This document shows, in pieces, positions 39,111 through 52,089 of a stretch of 64,000 nucleotides of DNA. This stretch comes from Macrostomum hystrix (lineage: Eukaryota > Animalia > Platyhelminthes). Under the pieces are notes generated by a model. That model was not told the DNA's origin, ran no database searches, and was given only the letters and a program-made list of their open reading frames with translations. Positions within the stretch are counted from its first letter, which is position 1; every line of letters starts with the position of its first letter. Position numbers and translations under genes: made by a program. The stretch is taken from the NCBI GenBank assembly GCA_950097015.1, contig CATNEN010000038.1:29202001-29266000 (forward strand), written 5' to 3'.

Positions 39111-40752
39111 TAAGAGCAAAAACATATATACATAATGAAATGGCTAAAACACTTACAGTATTTACAATAATGAAACGAGAACTAAAATACACTGTTATAT
39201 TAGTAACTCTTATGATTGATTTCAATAGTAGGTATGTTGTAAATTGCTTTTTTTGCTTAGTTTTTAGGCCTACTACTAATTTCTGCAATATGATTTAACT
39301 AAATGTCTTAGCTTACAATTTATGGCACAATGTACTCATTGACAATTCCAATTTGTTTTGAGTTAATTATCCATTCATTGAGGTTTAGTATCAGTATCAG
39401 AAACACAATAGAAATAATTTTTTTATTATAAAAACATGCCTTTTCTGTTTTGGGCTTCATATATTATGCTTTTGGAACCTTTTTAGACCATGAAATCTAT
39501 ATAAGTTTTGGATTCATCCACAATAGGCTATTTTATTATTCACTGCATTTAGAACAGTAATAATATAGCATTGCACCCAATATGCAACCATCTAGCCCTT
39601 ATATGGCACATAAAATGGGGTGACAAGACAGTAATATGGCATACTGCTGCGCCATGCTATGACAATTACTAGTTGTGTAAACAAAGCTTTAGAGACTTAT
39701 TGCTGTTCAAATTATTATTCATAGAAACTAGGCCTATGTCTGTACAAGTGCTTGTTTAAGTATTTATCTAAGCTAGGCCTAGGCCTACAAATTCTTAAGC
39801 CATTATATTTGCACCCATGTTACAGCCACTAAATCTGAAAGATATGTGAAAGTGGAAAAATATTTGTTGCTCAGCATATCTTTGTGTGTAGTGAGTGGCT
39901 CTCAAAGCTTTTAAATGGACATCATATTAGCATATGATTTATAAGCATTTTTATTAGCAGTGATTATGCAAATACAATGGCACAATTCAATACTTGTCTA
40001 GTTGTAGATTTATTATACCTTAATGTGTAATTAAGAAGTGAAAATAAGTTATAGAAATTAATTATGACAGAATGATTCATTAAGGAATTTAAAAAAAGTT
40101 TAGAGCTTTAATAGTAATAGTCAGTAATATTCAGTCTACTAAAAATCTGCATCTATTTCATTGTTGATTTAAATTTTATTAGTAAGAGGCCCAGCTTCAG
40201 GGCGGTTGATGAGCAATTTTCAGGGCGGTTGATGGGCGATTTTCAGGGCGGTTGATGGGCAATTTCCAGGGCAGTTGATGGCAATTTTTACGCAGAATAC
40301 GTAATTGGAATGCACATAAAAGTATTTATTTGAGGACACTTTCTTGTCAAGTGCAAGTGTTACATCTTGTAAAATTCAATTTAAACGCATAAAAAAGAAA
40401 GAGAAAAATGTACACTTAAGCATGGCCTATGTGTCAAACACTATTAGGCACAAATATTCGTTTGGCTAATGAAGATACACTGCAATGAGAATATATATAA
40501 ATATGATATAAGGTGCGAACTTTCTGGGCAGTTAAGGTGTGAAATTTGACTGAAATGAAGATGAAAATACAAGATGTGACCTATTTTAAGACTCCGTTTC
40601 AGGACTGATTTGAGTCAGGTGTCACCCTTAGGTATTGGTTTGGACATCGTGGCTAAGTTCCACTAACTATGCCACTCTGCGCACTCAAATTTTTCCTAGT
40701 TGATGTTGTGCTACTTTTAGGGGGCAAGTCAAGATTTAAAGTTATGAAATCA

Positions 40753-43181
40753 CTAGCTTTTTTTGCCCGTTGTTTTGGGGCAGAAATTTAAAGCAAAGCA
40801 GTAAGCAATTCACGTCTCTGTATTAACTTTATAGTGAAGGTCACCATTTATTTATTTACTGCATTAATGAAAAGTGAAGAGTTTGTTTAAAGGGCGTACT
40901 GGCTCTGACAGCCAGTCAACGTCAGCATATCGAACCATCAGGTTCGGGTAAACTTTTGCCTTGAGCTCCTGCACCGACTGCACAGTGGTTCCGATTGTAG
41001 CGATCGATGACTGCCCATCCTCGGTGCTAATCTCCAGCAGACCATTGCCGATTCGCAATAGATTGGCAGAGAACTCATGAGCTGTTTCGTCTCCTTGAAT
41101 TGTAGCTCTCATGTTTGTTCGTAGGTGCAACTTCACAACCGATGGCCACAGGTGAGATGATTTTAGGCAAGCATTAATCTCATCAGCAGGAGTGCCACGC
41201 GGAATCACAGGCAGCGTCTGTCTAAAGTCTCCAGACAGCAGCAGAGTGACACCACCCATCAGTTGATTGCTGTTGCGCAAGTCTTTCAAAGTTAAGTTGA
41301 GTGCTTCAAATGCCAGTTTGTGGGACATGGTACACTCATCCCAGACGATGAGCTTGCAAGCCTGAAGCACTCTGGCAGTGCCTGTGTTTTTCTTGATGTT
41401 GCACAGCGGATTCTCCACTCGAGACAGATCAAGCGGCAACTTCAGTGCTGAGTGGGCAGTGCGACCGCCTGGCAGCAAGGTGGCTGCAATTCCAGAGGAA
41501 GCTACAGCAATGGCAACGTCGCCTCGTTGCCTGACCTTTGCCAGAAGGAGGCTGATTAGAAATGTTTTTCCTGTGCCACCTGGAGCATCAAGAAAAACCA
41601 TGCCACCAACGTTGTTGTTGACTCTGCGCAATAGCTCGCGGTACGCCTCTAGATGCTCAGGCATGAGTCGGGGCTCATTCTCCTCTATGAACTGTCCCAG
41701 CTGCTCCTGGTCATCCAGCTCTTCCAGAAGTCCCAGTCGCTGATATGCTTCATGAAAAGTTTGGCAGGTATGGCCTTCCACCATTCTTATGTGTCTAAAT
41801 GACGTCGGACCAATCACGGTGTGTAGCAGGTAGTAGGATTCACGGTGGTTTGGGTGCACCGTGTACACTCTGGCTAATGCATCAGTCTGTCGTATTTCAG
41901 GATGGCCTGGAACTGCAGCGCCTTGAACCCGCCGCTTCCATCCTTTCGAAGAGGCGTTCCATGTGTAATAGGCAGGCACCTGGTGGTACAGCAAAGTCCT
42001 GGCAAAGGGGTCTTCAGCGCACAACTTGAAGAAAGCAGTAAGAGTAGTGTCCTGTGGCCTTTGAGCACGCTGCTGGATGTTCTCCTCCGTAAAGTATACT
42101 CTCTGACCGTTTTCCAGGTGCATGACAGTTGGGTGGCGTTCATGAATAGAGAATCCGAAGATTCGCCACATTGCCTCGTTGGAGCTGATATACCTTCCGC
42201 TGTTAAGGCGATTGACTTCGTCAAATTCGTTTACTATGCCTCCAGGTCCCTCAATGTTGAACACTGCTTGGTCGCTACCCTTGTTCACGTACTTGCAAAT
42301 GTACTTGATTGATTTAACAGAGTTGCAGTACTCAACGTTGATGTGTGCATTGAACACCTTGGACAGTAGCGGGCAGTAGGGAACGACCCATCTGTTGTCC
42401 AGATCGATCTCTTCATTCCCATGGCGGCGTAGAATAATGCGAGTGGTAAAGCCGCCATCCTCACGTGATCTCCGTCGATACAGCGGATAACCGTCTTGTA
42501 TTTTAGCAAAGCACTGTACGCCAGCCTCTCTCTTTCTTCTATCCCAGGCTGGCTGGAGAGAAATATCGACCGGAGAGCCCTGCGCACTGGGACGCCACCG
42601 CACTCACCGCACTCAGTCTCAGTGCTGCTTGGGGGCCAGTAGACAGTCTAGGGGTTTGGGCTGTGTACATTCACGGCTTGAAATACAATGTACAGTCTGG
42701 GGCTTCGGCGCCCGGGGAAGGGAGGGGGTGGCTGTAATAAAATTTGGCCCGCAGAGTCGCGGAGGGGAGTTGGGGTGGCTGTCCTCGGAAAACAAAAAGA
42801 GACTCACTTTGAGATGATGCAGCTTAGCTCTGGATTGAGTAGAGATGTTCAAAATTGACAGCATTGTTGGAAAACATGTAAAGTGTAAGTGGATCAAATT
42901 TGGAGAAAATCTGACAAAGTGGGGCGACGATATGTCGAATTGAGTGATTTTTTGACGATTTTTGAGCAGTTTTTTGCACTTTTGAGCAGGAAGGAAATGA
43001 TTTTTCGGGAATTTGAGTAGCCTATTGCACTCAGCGTAGGTGGTTTTAGGTATGTGCAAAGTTTGGTGCGATTTGGTTGAGCGGTTTCGGCGTCTATAAA
43101 GACAAAAGGTTGCACACACACACACAGACACACACACAGACACACACACAGACACAGAGTTTTCACTTTTATATATATAGA
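40753..43181 (-). mobile_element. Internally deleted Helitron with both termini
   Basis: 5' A|TCTATATATATAAAA followed by a (GT/GTCT)n tract; 3' hairpin TGCCC...GGGCA then CTAG|T. Confidence 0.88.
40864..42520 (-). pseudogene. Helitron RepHel fragment (end of Rep + Pif1 helicase motifs I-IV)
   Basis: DGYPLYRRR, DNRWVVPY, HINVE...KYICKYVNKG, LDAPGGTGKT, IVWDE, GDFRQTLPV; Rep N-terminus and helicase C-terminus are absent. Confidence 0.92.
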
Positions 43182-43233
43182 TAAATGTTTTTTACTCTTT
43201 TAACGAACAGAATGACTTAATAATTTTCACACG

Positions 43234-43425
43234 TCACTCTCCATTTTCATACAGAATTTCTTCGCCTTGCGAAATGTCTCTTGTTGCACGAAACTTAATG
43301 CACAGTCCATTGTCATTCTCTACAACAAATGGCTTGGCATTAAAATTGCGTCTTGAATGGTTGATGTAACGACCGAACCCCTTTGTCTTGGTAGCATCAA
43401 TGCAGAGGTGCTTCTCTTTGTGTCT
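43234..43425 (-). pseudogene. SET-domain C-terminal exon relic (PR-Set7/SETD8-like)
   Basis: CIDAT...GFGRYINHS...FRATRDISQGEEILY; the terminal YDYG motif is degraded to YENG followed by a stop. Confidence 0.7.
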
Positions 43426-45685
43426 TAGTGGAGTTAGTGCACTCCACGGATTCGCCGAATCTATAAAGAAGGACAAGATGCTTTTAACTCTAATTGATAC
43501 AGTACAATTTTTTAATCTGATGAACATTTTATACTATTTTAACTGCTATATAGTAGCAAGTAGCTTAATACAAGTGTAAAGCGCTCTTAAAAGTAAAAAT
43601 AAAGTGAATGCAGCTGAAAGTTATTACACACCCTAAAGAAAAAGACATAAGGGCACATGAAATTTGGACATATGTCAAATTTGCATTGTGTACTTTCAGA
43701 GCAAGAATCATGTCTTTACCCCTCCAGAGTCCAGGTAATCGAGTAAACATAAATTACCAGTCCAGAATTGTAACAGAGAGCCTAACAGCCTAACATAGAG
43801 GCACTTTAGCAACTCGATGACAATTGTTTCGAAAACAAAGACTTTTACATGGACAAGATAGACCCATCATTGGAAAAAGCTCTACTGGATGCTTAATGAC
43901 CATCTTATCCAAAATTTTTGGTGCTAAACAGTTCAGCAGTACAACAGTAGTACAACAGTAGTACAAACAGTACGACACTACCTCCGGCCAATCAGCGAGT
44001 AGGTGTGAAGTTTGTAAAAATCCTTAAGCATACAAATGTTAGACATACTGTGGACACTGTTCTCGTTAGCTACATGGGATAGAACTGCTTAATAAATACT
44101 TAAATTTTATTTAACTCACGGTAGGCATCCGTAGCCTTCTCTCACACCAATTGTCGCTTTTTTGTAAACTGTCACGCCTACTGTTTTCCGAATTTGCTAA
44201 AATAAAAAGTACAGTAAGATATAGGAAAAGTATTACAGCATGAAAGTAGGGGCTACTAGCACCAACAATCAAACTAAAAACAATACCTGGAAACGAACTT
44301 AATCATTCTTTTAAATTGTTCACATGGGACAGTTAATGGAAACCATTATGTATTGTACAAATTGAAATATTGTTCTGATTTTTTTGCACACTGAATTATG
44401 CAGCATGACATGTCACAATTTAATTATAATATTAAAAAAAGTTTAAATGCCCAATCGAAATATTTTAGATCTGCGAATTTAGCAAATGTTTGTATTTGTT
44501 GGTGCAACTGCTGGCAAACAGTAACGAAACATGTTGCAGTCACGGAAAAGAATAAACTAGCTACTCAATTTACAAATCGAAAATTGCTTTGGAATTTGAT
44601 ATGTACAAGCCCTATTATTATAGCACTACACGACTAAACCAACAAAAATGTGGGATTGCTTAAGTCGGCTTAATGTTGTAGAAAGTAAATCGGGTGTGCA
44701 GCCCCTGTATCCATTCCCATTGAAATAACGTCATTGAATAGGTAAACGTACGAAAATGACTTCATCACCCAGCTCGCGAAGAGCAGCAGTGTCATCCTTC
44801 TGGGTGCAGACAAAGTTCGACTTCGGGTTGTTCTCATCGATGACGACCAGTAAAAATCGCTTGTCGCGATGCTTGCGGAGATATTGAATATGCAAAGTAC
44901 AGCACTAACATGAGTGAAAATTATATGAAATGAAATTCGAACAATACAGAATATACTACAGGAAGAATTGTTTGAATATAAAACTATATTTATTTGAATT
45001 ACCTCCTTTCCAAGTGAAAACAGTGATTTTGGCTGTGCACGTACCTGCTGCCGCAACTTTGCTTTTTCGTTAAATGGAAGAGCTTTATACTCAAAGGAAA
45101 TTTGGCTCTGACCATCTAAAATTTTAGAAAACTGTTGCTTTGAGAAATATACAAAAGGGCCCTGTTTCACTGCCATACTAATTAAAAGCAGACTTGAATT
45201 TGATAAAGGTTTTTGAAAATTTTTACAGAATGGAATATGATATAATGCTAAATAGTTTTTCGAAAAATGATCATAATGTCAACTGTCGAAATGGTGACAA
45301 GAAACTATACTCCTTATATAAATGAGACACCAGAGGTTCAAAAGGTGTGCACTGAATGAATTAACTGAAAAGCAACGGTAATATATATTTGTGAGCCAGA
45401 TTGCTTTGAAAAGCTATGTGAATGTCTCACTCTATAAAAAGTCACTGAAGGCTTAAGCGCTATGAAGAGAAAGGAAGCTTGATTTGATTCTTTAAAAATT
45501 GCTACACTGCGAAACAACTGATATAAGTACGAGTACGAATACGAATACTAGTACGAATATTCGTATCAGTACGAATACTGATTGTAAGTCTAAGTAAAGT
45601 ACAACGTACTGTACAAAAAATTAGAAGGCAAAAATGTACACATGTGATTAGGATGTCAGGCAAATTAAACAGTGCTGCTGCTCAA

Positions 45686-46234
45686 TCACTCCAGTGCACT
45701 AAAACACGATTCGATACGCTGATACTCAGCACTGTCCAGGCGCATGACGCATTGGCGGGTTGAACTGCCGGGCAGCAGCTCTGGAGGCGTCCGACACACT
45801 GTTAGGACCGACACCGCTTCAATCTCATCGATGTCCAGTGCCGTTGGCCACGTGAATTTGTCCTTCGTTCGGCGCATGTACGATACCGTAATCCTCTAGC
45901 GATCATCACTGACAGCGGATACCTGGACGAGGTACCAGGTGTTGTCGTAGACAAAGCTGTTGTCTTCCGGTGTCACTAGCGGCAATTGAATGACGTTAAC
46001 CTGGACCACCTGGACCTCCTCAGTCTCACCAGCTTCGAACTCCACTGGCAATGGCACGTTCCACTGCTTCGCACCGAAGCAAGCACATTCGGCAGCGCAA
46101 CTGCAGGCCAGCTCACGGTACATAATTCGCGATTCGCCATTCCCCTTTCGCACATGATGCGCTTGTCCAAGGCCTGGCATAGGCGGAATGTACGGACGCT
46201 GAGCCTCCAACAGGATGGCGCACTGTTGAATGTC
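45686..46234 (-). pseudogene. C-terminal relic of a DNA-transposon protein (Sola2-like)
   Basis: MPGLGQAHHV...IMYRELACSC, one internal stop, then FTWP...D...I...VL; truncated by a CAC-type terminus at 46235. Family assigned from recall. Confidence 0.45.
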
Positions 46235-46673
46235 CACCTGGTAGCATAAATTGCGAAATCTTGCAAAAACTTGCAAGTGAATATACTAAAACTTTGCAAT
46301 TCTTGCAATAAAATTGCGTAGGATATTGTAGGGTATATTGCAATTCTGTCAATTCCGGATAATTTAAATTGCAATTTTAGTAATTCACTCGCAATTGACT
46401 TGCAATATGTCAAGTCAAAAATCCGTTTTGTAATAAAATTGTACGTCTTGCAATGTGGAATGTATTATCTTTCATTTCTACTCTTAGAAGTCAATCATGC
46501 CACTAATGTATCCGACAATGAGAAGCTTAAATGGAGCAGGCGGCCTCAGCAGGTTCCTCATCAAAGTGCTCCAGCTCGAAATCATCATGAAGGCACATGG
46601 ATGCAACCGCTTCAAAGAACTCAGCCATTGAGGGTTGAAGTGCTGCAAATGGTGTTTAAACCACATTTCACTA

Positions 46674-49320
46674 CACTAGTCGAGACAAATTGCGAAAATT
46701 GCAATAATATTGCAATCACTCTTACTAAAAATTGCAATAAAAGTGCAATAATTGTCAGAGTAAATTGCAAGATAAATTGTAATAATTGTAACTTTTTACA
46801 AGACATATTACAAGAATTGTAATATTTCGTAGAATAAAATTGCAATAACGTAACAATATTTCTTCGGAAAATTGCAATAAAAGTGCCATAATTGCAAGAG
46901 GTTTTCCAAGCCAAATTGTAAGAATCGTAATTATGGCATTATTGCATGTATCACATCATTTTAATGCTCGTTACTTTCTGAAGGATGCTTGTGCAGTTGT
47001 GTATAAAGAATTGTTAGATTTTTGTTTCGAAACTATAACATACAAAAATGTATGTAAAAATTTGTGCACTCGTCCATTTCAGCCTGAATAGCAGGTAGGT
47101 ACTGAATGTTTAAAAAATTGCAAGCAAAGTTAGAATAATTAAGAAAGACAGAACAGTGCCGCTAAGATTTCGTAACTGCACACACACACGTATAGATGGC
47201 ATTTGTCACCCCAGATTAAACTAGAGTGCAATACAGTTTACTGTGCGCATTTCAATAGTGACGTAGAAATGTTGTAACAAAAAGATGGAAATTCAAAGGC
47301 CACTTGCCGTCATTGGGACTGCTTTATGAACAAAAAAGTAAACAAAAAATTCATTGGGAGTGTTGGGTATTGATTGGGAGCGTGAGACAGCACTTTTATG
47401 GCGTGGAAAGTGAAACCCGTGCAGCCTTCAATGCGCAGGAGTTGAGTCGGACAGCAAAATTGTAGTCGTCATACATGCACATGTGCAAACTCCCGAACAA
47501 TGAAGCGCTGCCTTGTGAGCCTATTTGGGACTTTTGTTATTAAAGTTCACATTTTCTATTACAGAAATAGCAAAATACCTAGAAAAGAAAAGAAAATTTC
47601 TAGCGAATAGTTGATGAAAATTTGATTGCATTAAGAAATTCGAATAACAGACAAGACAAACATTATTAATACAAAGATGAGACAGAAAGTAGTTGGAAAA
47701 AGCAGCATAAAAACAAGGTCTAGCCATCACACTAAATGGACTACTACAATCGTACTTGTACCTAATCATGCAATTATACTTAAGTACTGGATTCCGTGAG
47801 ACAGCTGAACGAACGTAAATGTATGGATTATGCAAACAACTCTTGAAAGTCCACTCACTGATGATGCGCTAAGGATCATGAGTTTAGTTTTTGTCCTTAC
47901 AGATGTCCCTCAGAAATTGGTTAACACTGGCCTCAACAGATGGCCATGAACAACCTGGAAATTTGGCACACACAGCGTTATACACATCGTCGTATTCTTC
48001 CTTAGAGAAACGCCTACGATCAGTCTTCCGCTTGCTCGACAGTAAGCGGCCCTTGAGGTCATCCATTCCATGAGCGATGGTGACAAACTTTCTAGCGAAG
48101 GAGTTTGGATCATGCCTGTTGATGTCCTGCAAGTCAATGATCTGGCCATTGTGGCACGTGTACTCAGCAAGATCGGACGCGTGCACAGTTTTCTGCTCTT
48201 TGGCAGCGACCAATTCGGCCAACAGACGATTGGTTCTCTTCTGTTCCTTGAGCAGCTGCTTCATCACTTCGAGAAGAGCATCACTCCTAGGCTCTTTGCG
48301 TGTTGTTGATGGACCCGCGGGACCCCTGGGTGTCTCCAGATCCACAGTGGATACGCCACTTGCCTGCGGAGATGCAGCTTCATTCTGTTCAGCAGATTGA
48401 AGTGCAGCCAGCTTGGCTCTCTCTCGAACCATCGGATCAGAAGACGCAAGTCTTGGGCGCTTGTCCACCACGTAATTGCGATTTTGGTTGGAAGGTCTTT
48501 TGCGGCCATCATGCACAAAGGAGACCACGGAATCATCGTCGGAGCTTGAGTCAGCATCATTGCCACCAGCATCGTTCACTCCAGCGGTCGAAAAGGCAGA
48601 CAACCCAATCTTCATGACACTGTCAGTATCAACGAAGTCCATTTCTTCCAGTGCAGCATCAAGCACCTTAGAGGCCTTGAGGAGATGCGGCAGTGAACCT
48701 CTGACCAGAAGAAAGGCTTTCTCCATCCTAGGCCCATTTCGGATTTTCACTTCCTGGCCCTTCTTCATGCTGGCCTTAACATCTGGACTGGAGGAATTGA
48801 CTGAAGGGCAGTCGAGTTGTAAGCAAAGACTTCGGAGTACACTCCGCTCCCACTGTACCAAAACAGAAAGAAGTCATTAGTTGGCTCACATTGAAGGCGA
48901 GCGACAGGTCTTCGTGAACGCTGCTGCACCTCTGCCATCGGCTGGAAGGTACCAGTTATATGTCCAATTTAGAGTTTTAAGAGGCAGCAAATGGGAAAGG
49001 GATACGACTATTAACTGGCGCTATTGGTTCTCAGAAACAGTCCCTCTTAGTCCCTGATGTTAAAATAGCTAACAATTACATGCATCGTCAGTGAGCAATG
49101 CCAACCTTCTCATAAAGTTAGCATTCATAACTTAAGAGTGTTCAAAAATGGATGACAGGGGTGTTAAAAACATATATGTAGTAGAGCGGAAGGTACAAGA
49201 CATCACTAGACAACAAAAATTGAGCGGAATTGCATATGAATTACAATCGGACACACGAAAATTTCGCAATTCTTGCACGCGAATTGTAATCTAATTGCAT
49301 TCGAATTGTAACCCCTAGTG
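46674..49320 (-). mobile_element. CACTA/EnSpm-type non-autonomous segment carrying a BEN gene
   Basis: Ends CACTAG (46674) and CTAGTG (49320) with dense TTGCAA/AATTGC subterminal repeats. The TIR match is short and flanks differ (TA vs TC), so pairing of these two ends is uncertain. Confidence 0.55.
47884..48938 (-). pseudogene. BEN-domain accessory protein, frameshifted near 48785
   Basis: C-terminal FARKFV...LKGRLLSSKRKTDRRRF...WPSVEASVNQFLRD; N-terminus from the ATG at 48938 aligns with the 52090-53439 protein once a 5-bp duplication is removed. Confidence 0.7.
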
Positions 49321-52089
49321 TCATTTATGTTGCGGGAATGTTGTAGAAATGTTGACGCGCAACAAGTGGTAAACGTTGCTAGAAGCGACCGTTTGTCGCG
49401 CAAAACAACGTTGCAGAATGGTTGACGCATCAACATTGCAAAATCAACATACATCAACATCTGTGCAACATGTAGTCGTCGTGTCTACTATTAGTAGTAT
49501 CTAATGTATGTGTATTATTCTATATACTACATATATTTCGTATCACTTTCATTCTATAATATACGACGACTCTACTATTACACTTGCTTATGTCTTTCTT
49601 TCGCATGCCATGCATTAATTTTGGATTGTTGTTAAGGAACTTCTACCGGTAGTAACACTGACTACATAGTAAAAAATCTGTAGCTTGCACACAGGTTCAA
49701 AAATCGAGACTCCTACATCTTGAAATAATACGAAAATACGGCCATGACTTAGCATTTGCTAAAAAGAATAAGTAAAATAGCAAAAAACGTTTCGATTTAA
49801 AGGTCTGCGAAGATTAGCTAATGAGCACCATTAATTTTTTTTGTTTTATCGTAAACACATCAGATCAGACGGTTACCATTAGTAGGTCAAGAAAGCAATA
49901 AAAATATTTACTACATTAGATGCGCATGATGTGTATCTTTGTGTGTGACTGCAAGCTGCAACCTGCAGTGTTTCTTTTAATGAATAAAAAAGTTAGCAGG
50001 AAAATAAGAGATTCGCAAAACTATTATTAATGGCAACTGCTATTTGCATGCTGGCAAAACAGACATGTCGTTCAGAAAAGATGCAAAGATAACTAGAGAT
50101 CTGATGGCGATGATTAAAAACAGCTATAGCCTCCAAAGAGATTCACCTAACCTAGAGCGAGTCTATACTGATCTTTGTTCTTAGAACTTAGAACAACTAG
50201 TTTTATTAAGCCACCAATCCCGTGAAGTCTGAACTCCTATTTACTCAAAGTTGAGTAAGTGTACAACCGTCAACGTTGATGACTTCAAATCGTTGGCCGC
50301 CATTGTCATTATCTTCGCTGCTGTCGTGAGCGCCCTCGTCGTCAGAACTGCTGTCGCTCTCGCCACTTGCATCGCCGTCAGTGTTCATGTCTGCGCCGTC
50401 ACCTCCGCTTTGCCGAGTGCTCCTTGGGCCTGCAGCCGAGTTCCGAAGTTCTCCAGTCGGACGCTGTGCGGACTGCTGTGAGCACCTTTTTCGGCGGAAC
50501 CGAGTGCCTGAGTGGCGCAGATGTTCGCCCACCGCGGATTCAATGGCCTCGCCTTTGGCGTCTTTGTGAACACTCCACACGACGTCTAAAAGTAGGTAAA
50601 TACTGCCCATTAGTTTTGCTTACCCAAAGTAGATTAGTATCTAGATATGGACGTACAGAATTGATATATATTTAACTAAGCAGCTTAAATACACATTTTA
50701 TCATAGAAGAGACAAAATCCTAAGCACCATTATGTTGCTTACTTTTGATAAAAGGCAGCAGGCCAGTTGACTCAAAGCAATACTTGGAAACGCCAGAACG
50801 CTTGGCACCACGGAGACTGAACTGATGAGCAAGCTTGTCATCCATGATGTGGTATAAGATATTAGCGACGGACTTCATTAGAGTTTTGCTGGTACACTAA
50901 GCAGCAAAAATTGTGCCGAATTAAGAGAGAATTGCAATTGCTAACACGAAGATTGCGCAATTCTTGTGTTTTTCTTGCAGTCAAAATGTAATTAAATTGC
51001 AGTTTTTTCAGCTTTGGATTGCAATCCACCTGCAATTAATGCAACTTAATTTTTGCTCACTTGAATTGCAACAGGATTGTAAGAAATGTAGGATATAATT
51101 GTAAGCAAATTGCAGTCCATTGAAGCAAATTGCGCATCAATTGAATTTATTGTGTGCTTCTTAAATGCATTACTTGCTACTTGCAGTAGCATAATTATAC
51201 TGATGCAATAGCTATATGCCTGACGGCTCTAATGCGGATAATTTACGATAATTTTTGTGCTTCAGATGATTTGAGACTATTTGAGGAGTTTAAAACAACA
51301 CAAAAAGAAGTAAACAACACTAGAACAACGGTAAGATCCTTTTAACTTTTTGCACACGAATAATAATAGTAGTTAATTAATTGTATAGCAAATGTTTGTT
51401 GGCTTTATGAAAATAAGTAAATTACCACACTGAGAGTATTAAAATGATAGAAAAAATTAACTTCATAGGCATAAAACTTGTAGCTGCAAAATGCATTGTA
51501 GTGCAGAGTGACTTATAAAAAGCAATTGTTTACCGACTGAATAATGAATGAAACATGAATGACTTACAAAATTAAAAATAAGCATTGGAAGTATTAAAAT
51601 GACAAAAAATTATTTCGTTGGCGCGAAACTTATAGCTGCGTTTCATTGTAGCAGTCACTTAGAAATTCATTGCAGCAGTCACCACTTAGAAATTCATTGC
51701 AGCAGAGTCACTTCAAAACCAACTGTTAACCGACTGAATAATGAATGAAACATGGATGAAACATACAAATTAAATAAACACTGGGTGTATTAAAACGATT
51801 AAAAACCCAATTACTTGGTAGAAAACTTGCAACTGCGAAAATAAAAAATAAACATTAGGAGTAACAAAAAATGCAAGCAATTCGCTTCATTGACAGAAAA
51901 CTTCTATTGTTATTTATACTCGGACCCTTTATCGACTAGCAAAATGAATTAAGCCGGCAAATTGATTTCTCACAATTATAAATTTTCAATTAGATGCCAC
52001 TTTTTTCCCAAGAGCATTTCGCTAGTTCTGCTTCAGTAGGCTAGTTCGACTAGTGATACGGCTAATTTGCGTAGATTTTTAGTTAGTGA

